A stretch of DNA of 53,098 nt, counting the filler, from Squatina squatina (Eukaryota), in the NCBI GenBank assembly GCA_031763465.1. It is 3 parts of 3 records of this genome, joined end to end, with 100 filler letters (N's around TTAATTAATTAA, not from the genome) between each part and the next. Parts side by side here need not be neighbours in the genome. Positions count along the whole stretch, not along the records: positions 33,540 to 53,098 come from JARFOE010000192.1; 2 more parts are not named here. The stretch is one strand, 5' to 3'. The translations under genes and the position numbers were made by a program. Position 1 is the stretch's first letter. Each line of letters begins with the position of its first letter. Below, in pieces: positions 51,322 through 53,098 of the stretch. The notes under the pieces were generated by a model that made no database searches, had not been told where the DNA came from, and saw only the letters and a program-made list of their open reading frames with translations.

Positions 51322-51513
51322 GTGAGTTTGTGTATGATTTGTAAGAAATTGCTAGTTTGACGCATTTAGTCTGTAATTTATAACTAAGAAATCCTGATGT
51401 CCATATTTTGAAAGCAACAGATGCCATTATTATATAATTTAGCATGAGCCCTGTGGTAAAAATTTGAATTATCCAGGTGGCAAATGTGCAGCACAACGCT
51501 ACTGATGCATACA

Positions 51514-51609
51514 AACAAAAAAATGCTGGAAAAACTCAGCAGGTCAAGCAGCATCTTTGGAGAGAAAAACAGTAAACGTTTCGGGTTGATGACCCTTCGT
51601 CAGAACTGA
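51514..51609 (-). repeat. Penelope-like terminal repeat with the best-preserved hammerhead core
   Basis: Minus strand: cAGTT CTGACGA A GGGT catca ACCC GAAAC GTT TACT. Confidence 0.65.
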
Positions 51610-51821
51610 NNNNNNNNNNNNNNNNNNNNNNNNNNNNNNNNNNNNNNNNNNNNNNNNNNNNNNNNNNNNNNNNNNNNNNNNNNNNNNNNNNNNNNNNNNN
51701 NNNNNNNNNATGTTAGAAAATTTCTTCTTGAATTTTAATCAATATGGGGATAATTATTTGAGATTAGGTTTCTGGACTACCAGCGACACATTGATTAATT
51801 CTGTTTCTTTTCTGTGTGCAG

Positions 51822-51872
51822 GACTTCCTTAAATACTCCAGGAAGGCTGCTGTAGACACAACAGAGCTGGAG
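51822..51872 (+). CDS. TRIO: TRIO exon, end of DH2 (51 bp)
   Basis: tgcAG|DFLKYSRKAAVDTTELE|GTATTG. Confidence 0.88.
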
Positions 51873-53098
51873 GTATTGTTTTATCACACCAGTGGCAAAA
51901 TTGATAATTGCTATGTAATGGAAAAATTGTCAATATATAACCTCAAGCTGCATTGCATCGTTAAATTGAAAAAGTATTTTACCCATAGGACAATATGTAA
52001 ATCTATACATATCGCAACAACATACCTCACCTTTAACATAGAAAAACTTTCCAAGGCGCTTCACAGAGTGTGATCAAAAAAAAAAAGTCTGGTTGCTGCA
52101 AGTGTGAACATTGCTGCCTCTTACATCTGTCACATTTTTAAGAGACAAGTTCACTTTGCCTTTGAATATGACTGCTTGCATTTATGCAGCCAGAGTTGAC
52201 TACACATATTTTGGGTGCCTACCTGCATCATAAAATCCCAATTTTATTCATCGTGTTTTTAGGGGAAATGTTTTATTTTACATAATGATGCCTTAGCTTG
52301 TTAGTATCTCTATGATGAATGGACGTATTCATTCAGTACGTGGCTTTGGAAGTAAATTTCACAATATTTTCTAGTTGGCTCACTACATGAGCAAGTAGCA
52401 TAGTGTTCATCTTACTTTAGTGTAGGGTACATTTTTCCCTCTCAATTGTGCATACTGAGCAAAATATCAAATAAATAAACAGAATTGTGCTTTCAGAACA
52501 GTTATTGCTGACTCGGTTGCACCAGTAATTAAGCACTGCATCGTTATAATTTTTATATGCCTCACACAGCCCATTAAAGTAAGACAACATTGTTATCATT
52601 ATCGCATTGTTGTCAAGCACCTTTGCATGACATTCCCAAAACAAAATACTCACTCGAATAATGTTTGACATATACTATTCAATTAGTATTTGGCAGTCAC
52701 ATATTTAATTCGTAACGAACACATTCATTTGTCAGACTGACAAACAATTAGCATGACTGAAGGAATGTGGCAGAACTGGATGTTACCCAATCACAACTTA
52801 GAGTTGCTTTGATTTTTGTGCTTTCTGTGAGTTTAAAAGTGGTGTGCTAAAGTCTCAGAGCTTTTACTCAAAGGTGCCTCTCACTTACATTTAAGAGGGG
52901 GCTTTGGTCAATCAGGCACTCCAGGAAAGGAGCCCTGCCTGGCAAAAAGGACACAGCGGAAAATCGGATGCATGTGGTCGGGGGTCGGTCAGGAAATTGC
53001 GGCTTGTGCTCTCACTGAGCGAAGCTCCCCGTCAGGAATGCAAAAGTTGGAAAATGACCCCTAACGTGCCATTGAAAAATTTGTACTGCTTTTGGTTA

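Noticed and set aside
51322-51821. Apparent loss of several TRIO DH2 exons; also missing exons near 35313-36273, 36906-37005 and 47834-47933, and a ROCK2 exon near 19749-19848
   Set aside because: Each absence coincides with an N-gap. The 100-N gaps are evidently unsized placeholders, and the visible exons are intact.
34270-51872. KALRN assignment
   Set aside because: [40 protein letters not shown] and [21 protein letters not shown] match TRIO as recalled.

Overview
Vertebrate genomic DNA, most likely a shark or other chondrichthyan (inferred from the repeat families and protein divergence), from a fragmented draft assembly. The window is not one locus. Two artificial 100-bp linkers (44 N + TTAATTAATTAA + 44 N, at 16364-16463 and 33440-33539) join three separate scaffolds, and most other 100-N gaps appear to be unsized. 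Block A (1-16363) has no recognisable host protein gene; it holds CR1/L2 LINE pieces, SINEs, PIF/Harbinger-type elements and a decayed Harbinger Myb/SANT ORF. Block B (16464-33439) has three kinase-domain exons of ROCK2 (- strand) divergent from the first coding exon of GREB1 (+ strand), with a perfect estrogen response element in between. Block C (33540-53098) has ten exons of TRIO (+ strand), from DH1/PH1 through SH3 to DH2. Best leads: (1) a dispersed repeat carrying a minimal, probably dimeric hammerhead-ribozyme core with a compensatory stem-II change; (2) a perfect and a near-perfect ERE at GREB1; (3) candidate internal first exons and an intronic poly(A) site in TRIO, resembling the Duet and Solo/Trio8 isoform types. 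I see no convincing evidence of a wholly new system. Gene and family identities come from recalled sequences, not database searches.
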